Source of the DNA: an uncultured Thermococci archaeon
GTDB lineage: Archaea; CAYQAE01; CAYVLA01
Length of the DNA: 64,000 nt
Direction: 5' to 3'
Assembly: GCA_964549615.1 (NCBI GenBank)
Contig: CAZJVP010000030.1
Location: forward strand, 1 to 64,000
Shown here: piece by piece, positions 39,929 to 49,628 of the stretch
How the letters are laid out: each line of letters starts with the position of its first letter
Position numbering within the stretch: the stretch's first letter is position 1
The notes under the pieces: generated by a model
Told to the model about the DNA's origin: nothing
The model's input: only the letters and a program-made list of their open reading frames with translations
The model's database searches: none
Position numbers and translations under genes: made by a program

Positions 39929-41994
39929 GGTTTACCCCCGCCCATGCTTGCCTTGGTCAGCAACCTTTTGGACTTGAAGGGCGCGAACTCCTCGCCGCCT
40001 CCCTCGTAGAACTTGCCGAAGTACTCCGCGAAATGCAGCCTCATCGTGTGAACGAACCCGGAAAGGCAACTCAGCCCCATGTTGGCTAGGTGTAGAAACA
40101 CGAAACCTATCACAAGCGCGGTGCAAACCAGCACGACGGTCAGGACCCTCAGGGGCGAGGCCCCCGCTGAGAGGCCGGGCCAGGCCGTCCCGATGATGAT
40201 GTAGTCGATGAGCATGGCGTTGACCGAGCTCGCAATTCCCAGAGCCAAGAGCCTTGAGTAGGATATCACATCGGCTGTGTGTGAAAGGATGCTGTAAATG
40301 AACTGTACCGGTGCACCAAGCCGCATCAAACCCTTTCTCTCCCAGACCCCTCCCAAGATTCCCATCGCGATGCCTATTGCCAACCCCCACGTGCTGAGGG
40401 TCCGCCAGGCAGGAGATGTGTTTTTCGTTATCTCTAGGTACCAGAGGACGAATATGGATCCGAACCCCAGGGTAAAGCACCAACCCAAATGGGTCACAGC
40501 TCCTTGAGCCAGCCTTCCTTTGCGTGCGGCAGTGAGTATGGCGGTGATGTGCCCCAGCATCAAGTGCATGACCCCCATGGTGAGCGCGAGGGCAAGAAGG
40601 CTTGTCGGGCTCTCCAGCGGGTTGCTCCAAGCCGCTCGGAAGAAGGCTATCCGGGGCCCATATTCCCGGTTGAAAAGGAAGTCGCCAAACCATCCTCCCA
40701 TCAGCCAACCCATCAGTATCGTTGCGAGGCCGCAAATGGTGAAAGCCCCGCCCAGTTTCTCTCCCCACAACCTACGCAGTAGGAAGAAGCTTATCAGGGT
40801 CAGCACGATTCCATACCCGGCATCGGTTAGGCAGGTACCAAAGAAGACCGCGAACGTGGGGAGGACGAAGGGCGTCGGGTCTACCTCGCCGTAATTTGGC
40901 ATCCCGAACATCTTAACGATCCATTCGAAGTTGCTGAAAGGGCTAGGGTTGGCTAGGCTGACTGGCACCCGGGCCAGATCGTCGTCCGTCGGGTCGCACG
41001 TTCTGAGGACGTAGCGGCCGCGCGTGCAAGACGCGATCGCCTCGTCCAACCTCCCCACGTCCTGCTCCCGAACCCAACCGCTGAGAAAGACGGTGTTCTC
41101 CGTTCGGGCAAACAGCCTGAACGCCCTGATCCTTTCCAACTCGATCGCGAGGGCCTCATGCATGACCCTGAGCATGCCGAGATGCTTCTCCGCGATCAGC
41201 GCGATCCGATCCCTCGTCTCCCTGATCTCGCCCTCCAGCCGGGCTTTCTCGCTAAGCACGTGCTCCTCAGCCACTCGGGGCACCTGGTCATACGGTGGAA
41301 GCTCCACCAGCTCTCCCTCGAAGCGGTGCACCTGGGTCAAGAGCTTGGTCCTCTGGCCGGCCAAGCACATCGCCATGACAAGCTTCAGGGCTCTGCCCGA
41401 GATCACGGACACCTGAACTGGGTCTACCTCCTCCTTGCAGGCGCGGGAGAAATCCGCCACGCGGTCCTCCGGGAGATAGAAAAACAGCGTACATGTAAGC
41501 TCGGACCTGCGGAAGCTGCTCAGAGGCACGTTGAGCGGCGAAAGATCCCGCAGTAGCCGCAGGTGCTCCTCCAGCTCGGACATCCTCTCGGTATCCTTGC
41601 CAAGGGTCGCCGCAAGCTGGTCGAGCTCCTTGGACACGGAGTCGACCTCTCCGCTGCACCAAGCCATAAGCTCCTCGCCCCATGCCTCGCCCAGATCGAC
41701 GGGCTCCGGGGCAGGCTTCTCCCTCAGGAGGCCGGCAATCCTGCCGACGAGGCTCTTGGCTTCACCGCGTGGCGTTGAGGCCTCCTCTAGGAGTGAGATC
41801 ATGCTGGCAAGCCTTGATCCAATTCCTTCCGCCTTCCTCTCGAACTCCTCCAAGGCCTGTCTCTGCAGAGGGAGGGCCGGGGGCGGCTCGGAAAGCTGCA
41901 TTATTCCCTCCTCGTGGAGCACTCGGGTTAGCGTCTGGAGGTCCTCGTCCAATACGAGAGCGTTGACCCTCTTCATCCGCACCGGCCTGAACAT
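39925..41994 (-). CDS. atpI: A-type ATP synthase subunit I
   Basis: MFRPVRM, P.YGEVDPT, DAGYG, DVISYSRLLALG, HTMRLHFAEYF.KFY.GGG..F.PF. Confidence 0.95.
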   Translation of the reverse strand: MFRPVRMKRVNALVLDEDLQTLTRVLHEEGIMQLSEPPPALPLQRQALEEFERKAEGIGSRLASMISLLEEASTPRGEAKSLVGRIAGLLREKPAPEPVDLGEAWGEELMAWCSGEVDSVSKELDQLAATLGKDTERMSELEEHLRLLRDLSPLNVPLSSFRRSELTCTLFFYLPEDRVADFSRACKEEVDPVQVSVISGRALKLVMAMCLAGQRTKLLTQVHRFEGELVELPPYDQVPRVAEEHVLSEKARLEGEIRETRDRIALIAEKHLGMLRVMHEALAIELERIRAFRLFARTENTVFLSGWVREQDVGRLDEAIASCTRGRYVLRTCDPTDDDLARVPVSLANPSPFSNFEWIVKMFGMPNYGEVDPTPFVLPTFAVFFGTCLTDAGYGIVLTLISFFLLRRLWGEKLGGAFTICGLATILMGWLMGGWFGDFLFNREYGPRIAFFRAAWSNPLESPTSLLALALTMGVMHLMLGHITAILTAARKGRLAQGAVTHLGWCFTLGFGSIFVLWYLEITKNTSPAWRTLSTWGLAIGIAMGILGGVWERKGLMRLGAPVQFIYSILSHTADVISYSRLLALGIASSVNAMLIDYIIIGTAWPGLSAGASPLRVLTVVLVCTALVIGFVFLHLANMGLSCLSGFVHTMRLHFAEYFGKFYEGGGEEFAPFKSKRLLTKASMGGGKP

Positions 41995-41995
41995 C

Positions 41996-42310
41996 CTAGC
42001 CCTCCTCGAGGATCGAGCGAACGATGAGATCGACGGCCGCCTTCATTCTCGATGCGGCATGCCGCCTCATTTGCTCAATCCGGCCCTCGTACTCTGAGGT
42101 CAGCCGTTGACCCACCTCGGCCGCCTCGGAGGTCCTGCGCGAAATCAGATCCTCAGACTGCTTCTGGGCTTCCTCCCTTGCATTCTGAATGAGACGCTCC
42201 GCCTCGACCACGGCTTCGGCTTTGAGACGGCTCGCTTCCCTCTGAGCCCTCGCCAGTATCTGTTTGGATCTTTGCTCTGCTTCAAAGACGAGCTTAAGCT
42301 CATCCTCCAA
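41996..42310 (-). CDS. atpH: A-type ATP synthase subunit H/G (peripheral stalk)
   Basis: EAE...A..EA coiled coil; C-terminal AVDLIVRSI; directly upstream of atpI. Confidence 0.8.
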   Translation of the reverse strand: MEDELKLVFEAEQRSKQILARAQREASRLKAEAVVEAERLIQNAREEAQKQSEDLISRRTSEAAEVGQRLTSEYEGRIEQMRRHAASRMKAAVDLIVRSILEEG

Positions 42311-42346
42311 TCGTTCACCCTCGCCATTGCAGTCACGGGTTGGCGC

Positions 42347-42844
42347 CTATACCCCCCAGATCCCAAGTCCGATCAGCAGCAGGAATGTGCTGAGGAATCC
42401 GAGGATGGCGTAGGTCTCGACCATGATGGCCAACAGCACACAATTACCGAAGGTCTCCTCCTTCTTCGCTATTGACGAAACCCCCGCCGTCGCCACCAGA
42501 GCTTGGTAGTATGCGGTGAAGCCCTGGAGGATGGCAGGGATCGCGGCAACGATCACGGTGATGCCCATCCCGGCCACCACCGAGGGTTGCTTGGTCAGCA
42601 TCTTGGTCGCAATCATGATGAGCATGCCCGATATGAACCCGTAGAATCCCTGCGTGCCCGGAACGATCTCAAGAATGAAAGCCTTCGAAAACTTCTTGGG
42701 ATCCTCCGACACAAGCCCTGCGGCGGCGACGCCGGTCATCGAGACGCCGATGGCCGCCATTATGCCTGGGACGGCGACCGCAAGAGCTATCGCGAGTCCG
42801 ACCAAGGCTATTTCAGGAATCAATAAGGTGTCCTCCGAACCCAC
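42347..42844 (-). CDS. atpK: A-type ATP synthase proteolipid subunit K/c (two hairpins, NtpK-like)
   Basis: Four TM helices; EDPKKF, PGTQGFYG, YYQ, MVETYAILG. Confidence 0.92.
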   Translation of the reverse strand: MGSEDTLLIPEIALVGLAIALAVAVPGIMAAIGVSMTGVAAAGLVSEDPKKFSKAFILEIVPGTQGFYGFISGMLIMIATKMLTKQPSVVAGMGITVIVAAIPAILQGFTAYYQALVATAGVSSIAKKEETFGNCVLLAIMVETYAILGFLSTFLLLIGLGIWGV

Positions 42845-42855
42845 GCAGGGATGTT

Positions 42856-42873
42856 GCCTTTTTAGTCTTTTCT
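42856..42873 (-). promoter_or_regulatory. Putative BRE-TATA promoter of the ATP synthase operon
   Basis: Minus strand AGAAAAGACTAAAAAGG. It ends only about 12 nt above the GTG at 42844, so the true atpK start may lie further downstream. Confidence 0.4.
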
Positions 42874-42889
42874 AGACCGAGCCCGCCCT

Positions 42890-43488
42890 TGTGTTATGGT
42901 AGGGTTTTCGAAGATCCCCCAGGCGATGACCTTCCTGCAGGCGTCGTCCTGAACCGTTATAAGCCATTCACCAAGCCCTGGATCGATCTTCTTCACCTCG
43001 CACCAGTCCAGATGCCCCAGCGACATGGAGTGTTTGCGCTCGTACCTGATCCACCCGCGCCTCTTCTGTTTGCGAGGCTCTCGGCATCCGTGTGGTGTTG
43101 TGAGGGATCCTTGGGTTGTGTTCTTTCTGGATGAGGTGTTCCAGTATGACTGCGCAGACATGGTGCTTGTTCCAGGCCTACAAGACCGGCTCTTCCTGTT
43201 CTGGGTCGTGCATTTTGCAGGGTCTGCCCGGTTTGCGGAGGGTGGGCATCTGTCCGGTGGATCTGTAGAGGACCTGTCATCGGTAGCGGATCCGTAGGGA
43301 TCTGTAGCGGGCCCACGGCTGTTGGAGTCTTTTGTGCTGATCTGGTAGACCCCGGCGATATTTCCGTTGGTCATCCTGCTCTTCCCGCCCTCCTCCTAGC
43401 GCCGCATCATCCACCGGATCTTTGAGTCGGTTAGCTTGGCCACCGACACGCCCAAAACAGGGCGGCGAAAGGATTTTCGGATAATACA
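42890..43488 (-). mobile_element. Internally deleted IS481-family element with transposase pseudogene
   Basis: Ends TGTATTAT/TGTGTTAT. Flanking direct repeats AGACCGAGCC(C)GCCCT at 42874-42889 and 43489-43503. Transposase from GTG 43443 (MAKLTDSKIRWMMRR*) has an internal TAG and frameshifts, then WIRYERKHSMSL.H.DW and DDACRKVIAWG.FENPT, and is truncated. Confidence 0.82.
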
Positions 43489-43510
43489 AGACCGAGCCGC
43501 CCTCTCCCCT

Positions 43511-44197
43511 TTAGGTGGGGCCCAGGAACAACTTCCTAACCTTGTTGGATTCCTCGGTCTTGCAGAAGATCAGAACGGTCATGTTCGGTCTCATGGTGGT
43601 GTCGCCGTGCGGTATCACCGTTTCACCGTCCTCGACCACCGCAAACACCGTCGCGTGAGACATGTCCCCCATCGCCGACACCTGGGCAAGGGTCTTCCCG
43701 ACAACGGGCGACTTCGCATCTATGTGTAGCTCGAGCATCTCGCCCCTGACCCCCGTCAGGCCCGCAACGTCGACGACCCCGGGGCTCCTTATTAGGCGGG
43801 AAATGTACTCGGCAGCCGCCTTCTCCGGACTGATGACCCGGTCGATGCCAAGCTCAAGAAACGGCTTCTCCATCTCCAGGCTGGAGACCCGGGCGATCGT
43901 CATCAGGGGCCTCTCCCTCTTGGCATCTGCAACAAGCCTCTTGGCGACGAGGCAGGACGTCAGATTGACCGCCTCATCACCCGTCACCGCCACGATGGCA
44001 TCTGCCGTTTCGACGTTGAGGGACTGCAGCTGGGCTGGGTTTGTGCCTGAGCCATGGAACACGAATGCGTCGAGGGAGCTGACCTCGCGAACCCTCCGCT
44101 CGTCCTTTTCGACCAGGGTGACATCGTTCCCGGCTTCGATGAGCATCCTCGCGAGATTGTACCCGATCCTGCCCGCCCCTATGATTATGACGTACGT
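43511..44197 (-). CDS. trkA: TrkA-family potassium uptake NAD-binding subunit; apparent ACG start
   Basis: (T/M)YVIIIGAGRIG, VTLVEKD, ADAIVAVTGDE.VNL, GIDRVISPE, RCK-C domain SPVVGKTL...IPHGDT. Confidence 0.88.
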   Translation of the reverse strand, partial: TYVIIIGAGRIGYNLARMLIEAGNDVTLVEKDERRVREVSSLDAFVFHGSGTNPAQLQSLNVETADAIVAVTGDEAVNLTSCLVAKRLVADAKRERPLMTIARVSSLEMEKPFLELGIDRVISPEKAAAEYISRLIRSPGVVDVAGLTGVRGEMLELHIDAKSPVVGKTLAQVSAMGDMSHATVFAVVEDGETVIPHGDTTMRPNMTVLIFCKTEESNKVRKLFLGPT

Positions 44198-44202
44198 TCA
44201 CA

Positions 44203-46335
44203 TCACCTCTCGATGAGATACCTCACCATTCTGCCATATGCGGGCCTGGTTATCGTAATGCCAGCCAAGACCCCCACGATCGTCATTATCGCAAAGCCGC
44301 GTAGCCGGCCGAGCCCCACGTAGGCCAACGGAACCATGGCGATTATGGTGGTTGCGGCAGCCGTGAAGACTATGAAGAAAGCGCGCGATATTCGCGTGGA
44401 CATCACGAGCCTTCTCTTTCCCTGCCCCTGGTATAGGGCTTCGTCCGTTATAACTATCTGCTCGTCCACCCCTGTTCCGATTGCCGCGACGATGCCCGCG
44501 ACGCTTCCTAGGTCGAGGTACTGCCGGATCAGCACCGAGAATCCGAGCATTATCAGTACCTCGCTCAAGCTCACTCCCATCACCGCGGCCACCAATTTCG
44601 GCCTTCGGTACCTTAGATATATCACCGTCAGCACCCCGATCACCGCTGCCGCCCCGGCAGAAGCTACCTGTCTCGCGAAATCCCTGCCCAGGACGGCCGG
44701 AATCTGCCCTTCGCCGGCCGTCCTCAGCTTCGTGGGGAAGGATGCCTCCAAGTTGATGTAGAGTTCCTCAGCCCTCCTCCTGGCCTGGTCGTTATCCCTG
44801 GGACCGCCCGTGATCGCCAGAAAGCTGACCACGGCTTGCTCCCTCATGCTCTCCGCGAGATCGGCGGAGAAAGATGCATTGTACACTTCGATCCCGTTGA
44901 AGAACATCCCGAGGGGGTGTTTCCGCCGAACGCTCTCATCTGGGTCTATCGCGCCGTGAAGTAGGGCGAGGTCGCGCAGCCGCTCCGCCGCTGGTTTCTT
45001 AAGCGTCATTGGAACCGCCCAACCACCCGCCTCGGAAGCATAGTAGTAATGGTCAACCCTAGCGACGTCTTCCGAGGTGAACGCCCTGACCGTGATGTTG
45101 CCGGATGTCCAGAGGCGCGCCTCGAAGTCGAGGGGTTCAAGGACGGAGCTGTTGCCGGCGATCCTTTCCGGGGATTCCACGATTATGTACTCGCCCCCCG
45201 CCCTCTTTATCCTGAGGTCGGACACGCCCATGAAGTCCGCCCTTGACTCGATCATCTTCTCCACCTCGCTCATGGTCTCTGCAGAGACCTTCGTCTCATA
45301 GGAGAGGATCTTCAGATACCTCCCAAAGGCTGCCTCGAGCTCTTCCCTGGTCGCCTCGGAGCCTCTGCCCTCGACTTGGAAGATCCCGGACGATTCGCTG
45401 CCCCCTACGATGTCGTATCTCGTGGGGAAGCTGAGGTTCAGGACCGCCTCGAGGGCATGGTAGTTGGTGGCATTCAACACGAGCTCGGAGGTTTCGTTTC
45501 CGAAGACGAAGGATATCTTGCTCAGGCTCGAATACGTCGAGAAGAAGTCATCGACGGCAAGCTCCATCAAGTAGGCATTTGCCCCCATGGTCGCGATCTC
45601 GACGGTCAGGAGTCCCGCCTCCCCCTTGTCTTTCAGGGTGACCGTCGTGTTCAGGAACTGCCCCAGAAGGGCCTGCGTGACGTTCCCGGCGTCAACCCTG
45701 ACCGTGAAGGTAACCCCGACGGGCTTCACGTTGTAATAGAAGCCGCCCACAAAGTCTATCCCGAACTTGAGGTTCGTCCTAAGGCTCCGCGGGGTGTTGA
45801 ACTTCACTATCCTTGCCGAAGTTCCCAAGAACTCCTGCAGCTCAGCCTGGTCGAGCCTCTTATCGACCACCATCGAAATCGAGCTCCCAAGAACCTCAAC
45901 GTAGGTGACCTTGCCCTTCGGCCCCAGGGTGCTTTCGATCAGCGTGACGATGCAGTCCCTGTCGGTGACCGTCACGTTCGCGCGAACGAAGGTACCGTTC
46001 AAGACGGTGACCTCGGGCGGAATGCCCCTGGGTATCATGCCCGCCAACTTGGCCTTCAATTCGCTGACGATCGTCTCGTTTTCCCTTGGCGTCACAACCG
46101 AGAAGGAGAATCTGTGAACCCACAAACCCTCATCAAACGTCGACGATAGGCGTGACACGTTCTGGTAGCTGGCCTTCAGCATGCGTTCAACGATCTGTGA
46201 GGAGTTCACGTCCTCAACCGTCAGCTCAGTGGTAGACCTAGTGACCATCGGCATGAGCAGAACCAGCGCACCGATATCTATCAAAATGAGGAGTTGGATT
46301 CGCCAGTCCCTGAACAGATCGGTTGGCAGCCTCAT
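44203..46335 (-). CDS. secD: Protein translocase subunit SecD with enlarged extracellular region
   Basis: DWRI.LL, LKFGIDFVGG, IPAVLG..F, LDL.SVAGIVAAIGTGVDEQIVITDE, LRGFA, ITRPAY; ATGA overlap with secF. Confidence 0.88.
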   Translation of the reverse strand: MRLPTDLFRDWRIQLLILIDIGALVLLMPMVTRSTTELTVEDVNSSQIVERMLKASYQNVSRLSSTFDEGLWVHRFSFSVVTPRENETIVSELKAKLAGMIPRGIPPEVTVLNGTFVRANVTVTDRDCIVTLIESTLGPKGKVTYVEVLGSSISMVVDKRLDQAELQEFLGTSARIVKFNTPRSLRTNLKFGIDFVGGFYYNVKPVGVTFTVRVDAGNVTQALLGQFLNTTVTLKDKGEAGLLTVEIATMGANAYLMELAVDDFFSTYSSLSKISFVFGNETSELVLNATNYHALEAVLNLSFPTRYDIVGGSESSGIFQVEGRGSEATREELEAAFGRYLKILSYETKVSAETMSEVEKMIESRADFMGVSDLRIKRAGGEYIIVESPERIAGNSSVLEPLDFEARLWTSGNITVRAFTSEDVARVDHYYYASEAGGWAVPMTLKKPAAERLRDLALLHGAIDPDESVRRKHPLGMFFNGIEVYNASFSADLAESMREQAVVSFLAITGGPRDNDQARRRAEELYINLEASFPTKLRTAGEGQIPAVLGRDFARQVASAGAAAVIGVLTVIYLRYRRPKLVAAVMGVSLSEVLIMLGFSVLIRQYLDLGSVAGIVAAIGTGVDEQIVITDEALYQGQGKRRLVMSTRISRAFFIVFTAAATTIIAMVPLAYVGLGRLRGFAIMTIVGVLAGITITRPAYGRMVRYLIER

Positions 46336-47228
46336 CTTCTCCTCGCCCTCTCCTCCAGGAGCCTGTACTTCTTGCTGAGATAGCCGCGCATGACCCCTGT
46401 GTTGAAGAACCAAGTATTGACGATGTCCGCGCTCATCCCAAGTATGAGGACGATGGAGATGTCCCTCAGGACATCGGATGTCGTGAAGGCGTAAAGGGCG
46501 ATCAGGGCACACAGCGTCGTCATGGTCATTGTGAGTCCGGTTTTCATGCTGTCCCGGATCCGCTCATTCAACTCCTCCCTTCTCTTGAGGAGCCTCGTCG
46601 TCAGCATGATGTTGTCGTCCACAGAATACCCTATGAGCATGAGCAGCGCCGCAACGGTCGCAAGGGAAAGCCTGACGCCCAAGGCCGTCATGAATGCCAC
46701 AGCCGCAAACATGTCCAGAAACGCCGTGGCTCCGACGAGCACCGATGGCAAGAACGACCTGAACACCACGTAGACCACGACGAACATCCCAATGTACGCG
46801 GCAACCAGAACGGCGGGCGCCTGGCGTTTGAAGGTCACGGCAAGGGGCACATCGAGCGCCGTTGTCGTGCCCTCCTTTCCGTATTCTGCCTTCATATAGG
46901 CAAGGATGTCATCCGCCTTTCCTTGGGTCTCGACGCTGAGAACCCCGCCGCCCTTCTTCACCGATATCTCCTTGATCGCAAATTTCTCCCTGAGTTTCGC
47001 CTCGATCTCTTGCGCAGACAGGTCGTATGACCCGGGAAAGCTGATCAGGGTGCCGCCCGTGAAGTCGATTCCATAGTTGAACAGGCTGCCCGTCTTGGCG
47101 GCGTTCCAGGCTAGCAGGGTAGCACAGACGAGAAGCAACGCCAAGGGTACGACGAGCATCTGCTTCCAAGATAGACGCGTGACGTCCAGGAAAGAAGGGA
47201 GACTGCCCGGGGTCGTTCCTTGTCGCAA
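46332..47228 (-). CDS. secF: Protein translocase subunit SecF
   Basis: GIDFTGGT, AALLMLIGYSVDDNIMLTTR, TGLTMT.TT, DIVNTWFFN. Confidence 0.92.
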   Translation of the reverse strand: MRQGTTPGSLPSFLDVTRLSWKQMLVVPLALLLVCATLLAWNAAKTGSLFNYGIDFTGGTLISFPGSYDLSAQEIEAKLREKFAIKEISVKKGGGVLSVETQGKADDILAYMKAEYGKEGTTTALDVPLAVTFKRQAPAVLVAAYIGMFVVVYVVFRSFLPSVLVGATAFLDMFAAVAFMTALGVRLSLATVAALLMLIGYSVDDNIMLTTRLLKRREELNERIRDSMKTGLTMTMTTLCALIALYAFTTSDVLRDISIVLILGMSADIVNTWFFNTGVMRGYLSKKYRLLEERARRR

Positions 47229-47411
47229 GTGTTCACCGCCAGGGTCAAGAGGTACGATGGCTTTGCCTTGCTTGGTTTCGCTGGCCTTCCCTGGCCATTT
47301 AGCGCCAGTTCCATAATTGGCCTCTTAAATACTTTCGTCTCGCCGTCCCGCAGCCCCCGTCCCTTCCGGACCCCGGCTCCAACCCCCTTCCTGGGCCGAA
47401 GCGCGTGGATG

Positions 47412-49463
47412 TCACAGATGGAACTTCAGTATGAGCGGAACGAAAAGCAGCGCGGTGATCGACATCAGTTTGATGAATATGTTCAGGCTGGGGCCGGAGG
47501 AGTCCTTCATCGGATCACCCACGGTGTCCCCTATCACGGCTGCGGAATGCGCCAGGCTTCCCTTGCCGCCCAGGTTGCCCGCTTCGATATACTTCTTCGC
47601 GTTATCCCAAGTGTTTCCAACATTGCCTTGGAAGAGCCCAAGAAGCAGGCCGCTCGCGATCGACCCCGCCATCATGCCCACCAGAGCGTCCGGGCCGATG
47701 ACGAATCCAACTAGAAGCGGGGTTGCTATCGCGAGCGTCCCGGGCAAAACCAGATGTCCGAGCGCGTTCGATGTGACCAGGGATACGCACTTGGCGTAGT
47801 CGGGCTTTGCTCGTCCCTCCATCAAGCCTGGAATCTCCCGGAACTGCCTCCTTATCTCATCCACGGTCGCGTAGGCGCCCTTTGTCACAGCTTGTACCAC
47901 GATGGCTGTGAAGAGGGGGGGAAGCGCCGAACCGATGAGAAGGCCTGCGAAAGTCCTGGGGTTCAGGAGGCTCAAGACCTTGTCCAGCCCACCCACCTTT
48001 CCAGCATATGTGACGAACGCCGGTATCCGGGTGATAGCGACGAAGAACGCTATCGCCGTGAGCGCGGCCGAGCCTATCGCGAAACCCTTGCATACGGACT
48101 TCATGGTGTTCCCGACCGAGTCCAACCTGTCCGTGATGTCCCTGACCTCCTTCGGCAGCCCGGCCTGCTCGGCTATTCCCGCCGCGTTATCGACTATGGG
48201 CCCGTATGCGTCTGCCGCCACTATTACCCCCGCGATCGAGAGCATGCCGACTGCCGAGATGGCAACGCCGTAGACCCCTGCCGCCTGGAAGGAGATGAGG
48301 CCGGCCACGGCAACGCACACGATGGGCACGAAGGTGCTGTAGAACCCCATCGAGAAACCCGCAAGCAGCCCTAGGGCAGGGCCACCCTGATCTGAGCTAG
48401 CCACAGTCCTTGCGGGGGAAAACCTGCTGGAGGTGAAATAGTCCGATGTCTGGCCGATCACGACCCCCACCGCGAGTCCGCACAGCATGGCCGTGTAGGG
48501 CCCGGGCCAGTCCGGTCCCATGAGCGCGGAGGCAGCGAAGAGACAAGCGATGGCTGCGATCACGGTCCCAATGACGCTTGCTCGCGTGAGGGCTCTTTCC
48601 GGCTCGCCCCTAACGGTGAACGAGGTCGCGATCGATGCCAGTATGCCTATCCCCGAGATGACGAGCGGCAAGAGAACCCAGTTGAGTCCGTCTGCACGCT
48701 CGCCGTAGACTGCAGCCCCCAGTATCATGGTGGAGATCATCGCGCCGACATAGGACTCGAACAGGTCGGCGCCCATGCCCGCCACATCGCCTACGTTGTC
48801 CCCGACGTTGTCGGCTATGACCCCCGGATTCCTTGGGTCGTCCTCAGGTATGTTCCTCTCGACCTTGCCCACGAGGTCTGCCCCGATGTCGGCTGACTTG
48901 GTGTATATTCCGCCTCCAACCCTGGCGAACAACGCTACCGTGCTTGCGCCGAAGCTGAACCCCGCGATGTCGCTGACGACGTCCAAGGCCCTTCCAAGAT
49001 CCATGCCACCATACGCCAGGTAGAGCAGCACGACCCCAGTCAGCCCAACCCCGACGACCCCGAAGCCTAGGACGCTTCCCCCCTTGAATGCGATGTCCAG
49101 AGACTTGCCCAGACCTTCCGTTCTGGCAACGTTCGCGGTCCTTGAGTTGGCCCTTATTGCGATGTGCAGGCCGATGAACCCGGCAATCGCGGAACAGGCA
49201 GCTCCTGCCACGTACGCTAGAGCAACGCGCGGCCCGAGGAAGACGCCGATTGCAACCGAGACAATGGCAACTATGGCTGCGATCAACCTGTACTGCTTGC
49301 TCATGTAAGCCTTGGAGCCCTCTCTGATGTACGACGAGACCTCCTTCATCCTGTCGGTTCCCTCGCCAACGGCAAGGATTCGCCTAGCGAGGTATCCTAG
49401 GTAGGCAATTGAGAGGAGCCCCGTTGCCAGTGGCAAAGCGATTGAGAGGTCTGACATAACCAA
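47412..49463 (-). CDS. hppA: Membrane-bound ion-translocating pyrophosphatase, probably K+-independent
   Basis: GGGIYTKSADIGADLVGKVE.NIPEDDPRN, ADNVGDNVGD, DAYGPIVDNA, GNTMK (Lys at the K+-dependence position), WDNAKK, GDTVGDP.KD. Confidence 0.93.
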   Translation of the reverse strand: MVMSDLSIALPLATGLLSIAYLGYLARRILAVGEGTDRMKEVSSYIREGSKAYMSKQYRLIAAIVAIVSVAIGVFLGPRVALAYVAGAACSAIAGFIGLHIAIRANSRTANVARTEGLGKSLDIAFKGGSVLGFGVVGVGLTGVVLLYLAYGGMDLGRALDVVSDIAGFSFGASTVALFARVGGGIYTKSADIGADLVGKVERNIPEDDPRNPGVIADNVGDNVGDVAGMGADLFESYVGAMISTMILGAAVYGERADGLNWVLLPLVISGIGILASIATSFTVRGEPERALTRASVIGTVIAAIACLFAASALMGPDWPGPYTAMLCGLAVGVVIGQTSDYFTSSRFSPARTVASSDQGGPALGLLAGFSMGFYSTFVPIVCVAVAGLISFQAAGVYGVAISAVGMLSIAGVIVAADAYGPIVDNAAGIAEQAGLPKEVRDITDRLDSVGNTMKSVCKGFAIGSAALTAIAFFVAITRIPAFVTYAGKVGGLDKVLSLLNPRTFAGLLIGSALPPLFTAIVVQAVTKGAYATVDEIRRQFREIPGLMEGRAKPDYAKCVSLVTSNALGHLVLPGTLAIATPLLVGFVIGPDALVGMMAGSIASGLLLGLFQGNVGNTWDNAKKYIEAGNLGGKGSLAHSAAVIGDTVGDPMKDSSGPSLNIFIKLMSITALLFVPLILKFHL

Positions 49464-49628
49464 CCCAAATCCGCCCGCGCAGGGTGCTTAATTAGCCTTT
49501 CCCAGATCGGCCGGAACGGCGTCCGGACCCAACTGTGGCTGAGCCGTGCTGATCTAGCCCCAGTGGGATAAGCCGGCCGGCACGCTCCTCGGCTCTCTGC
49601 CGATCCCTACGAGAAGGCCGGGTCGGAA

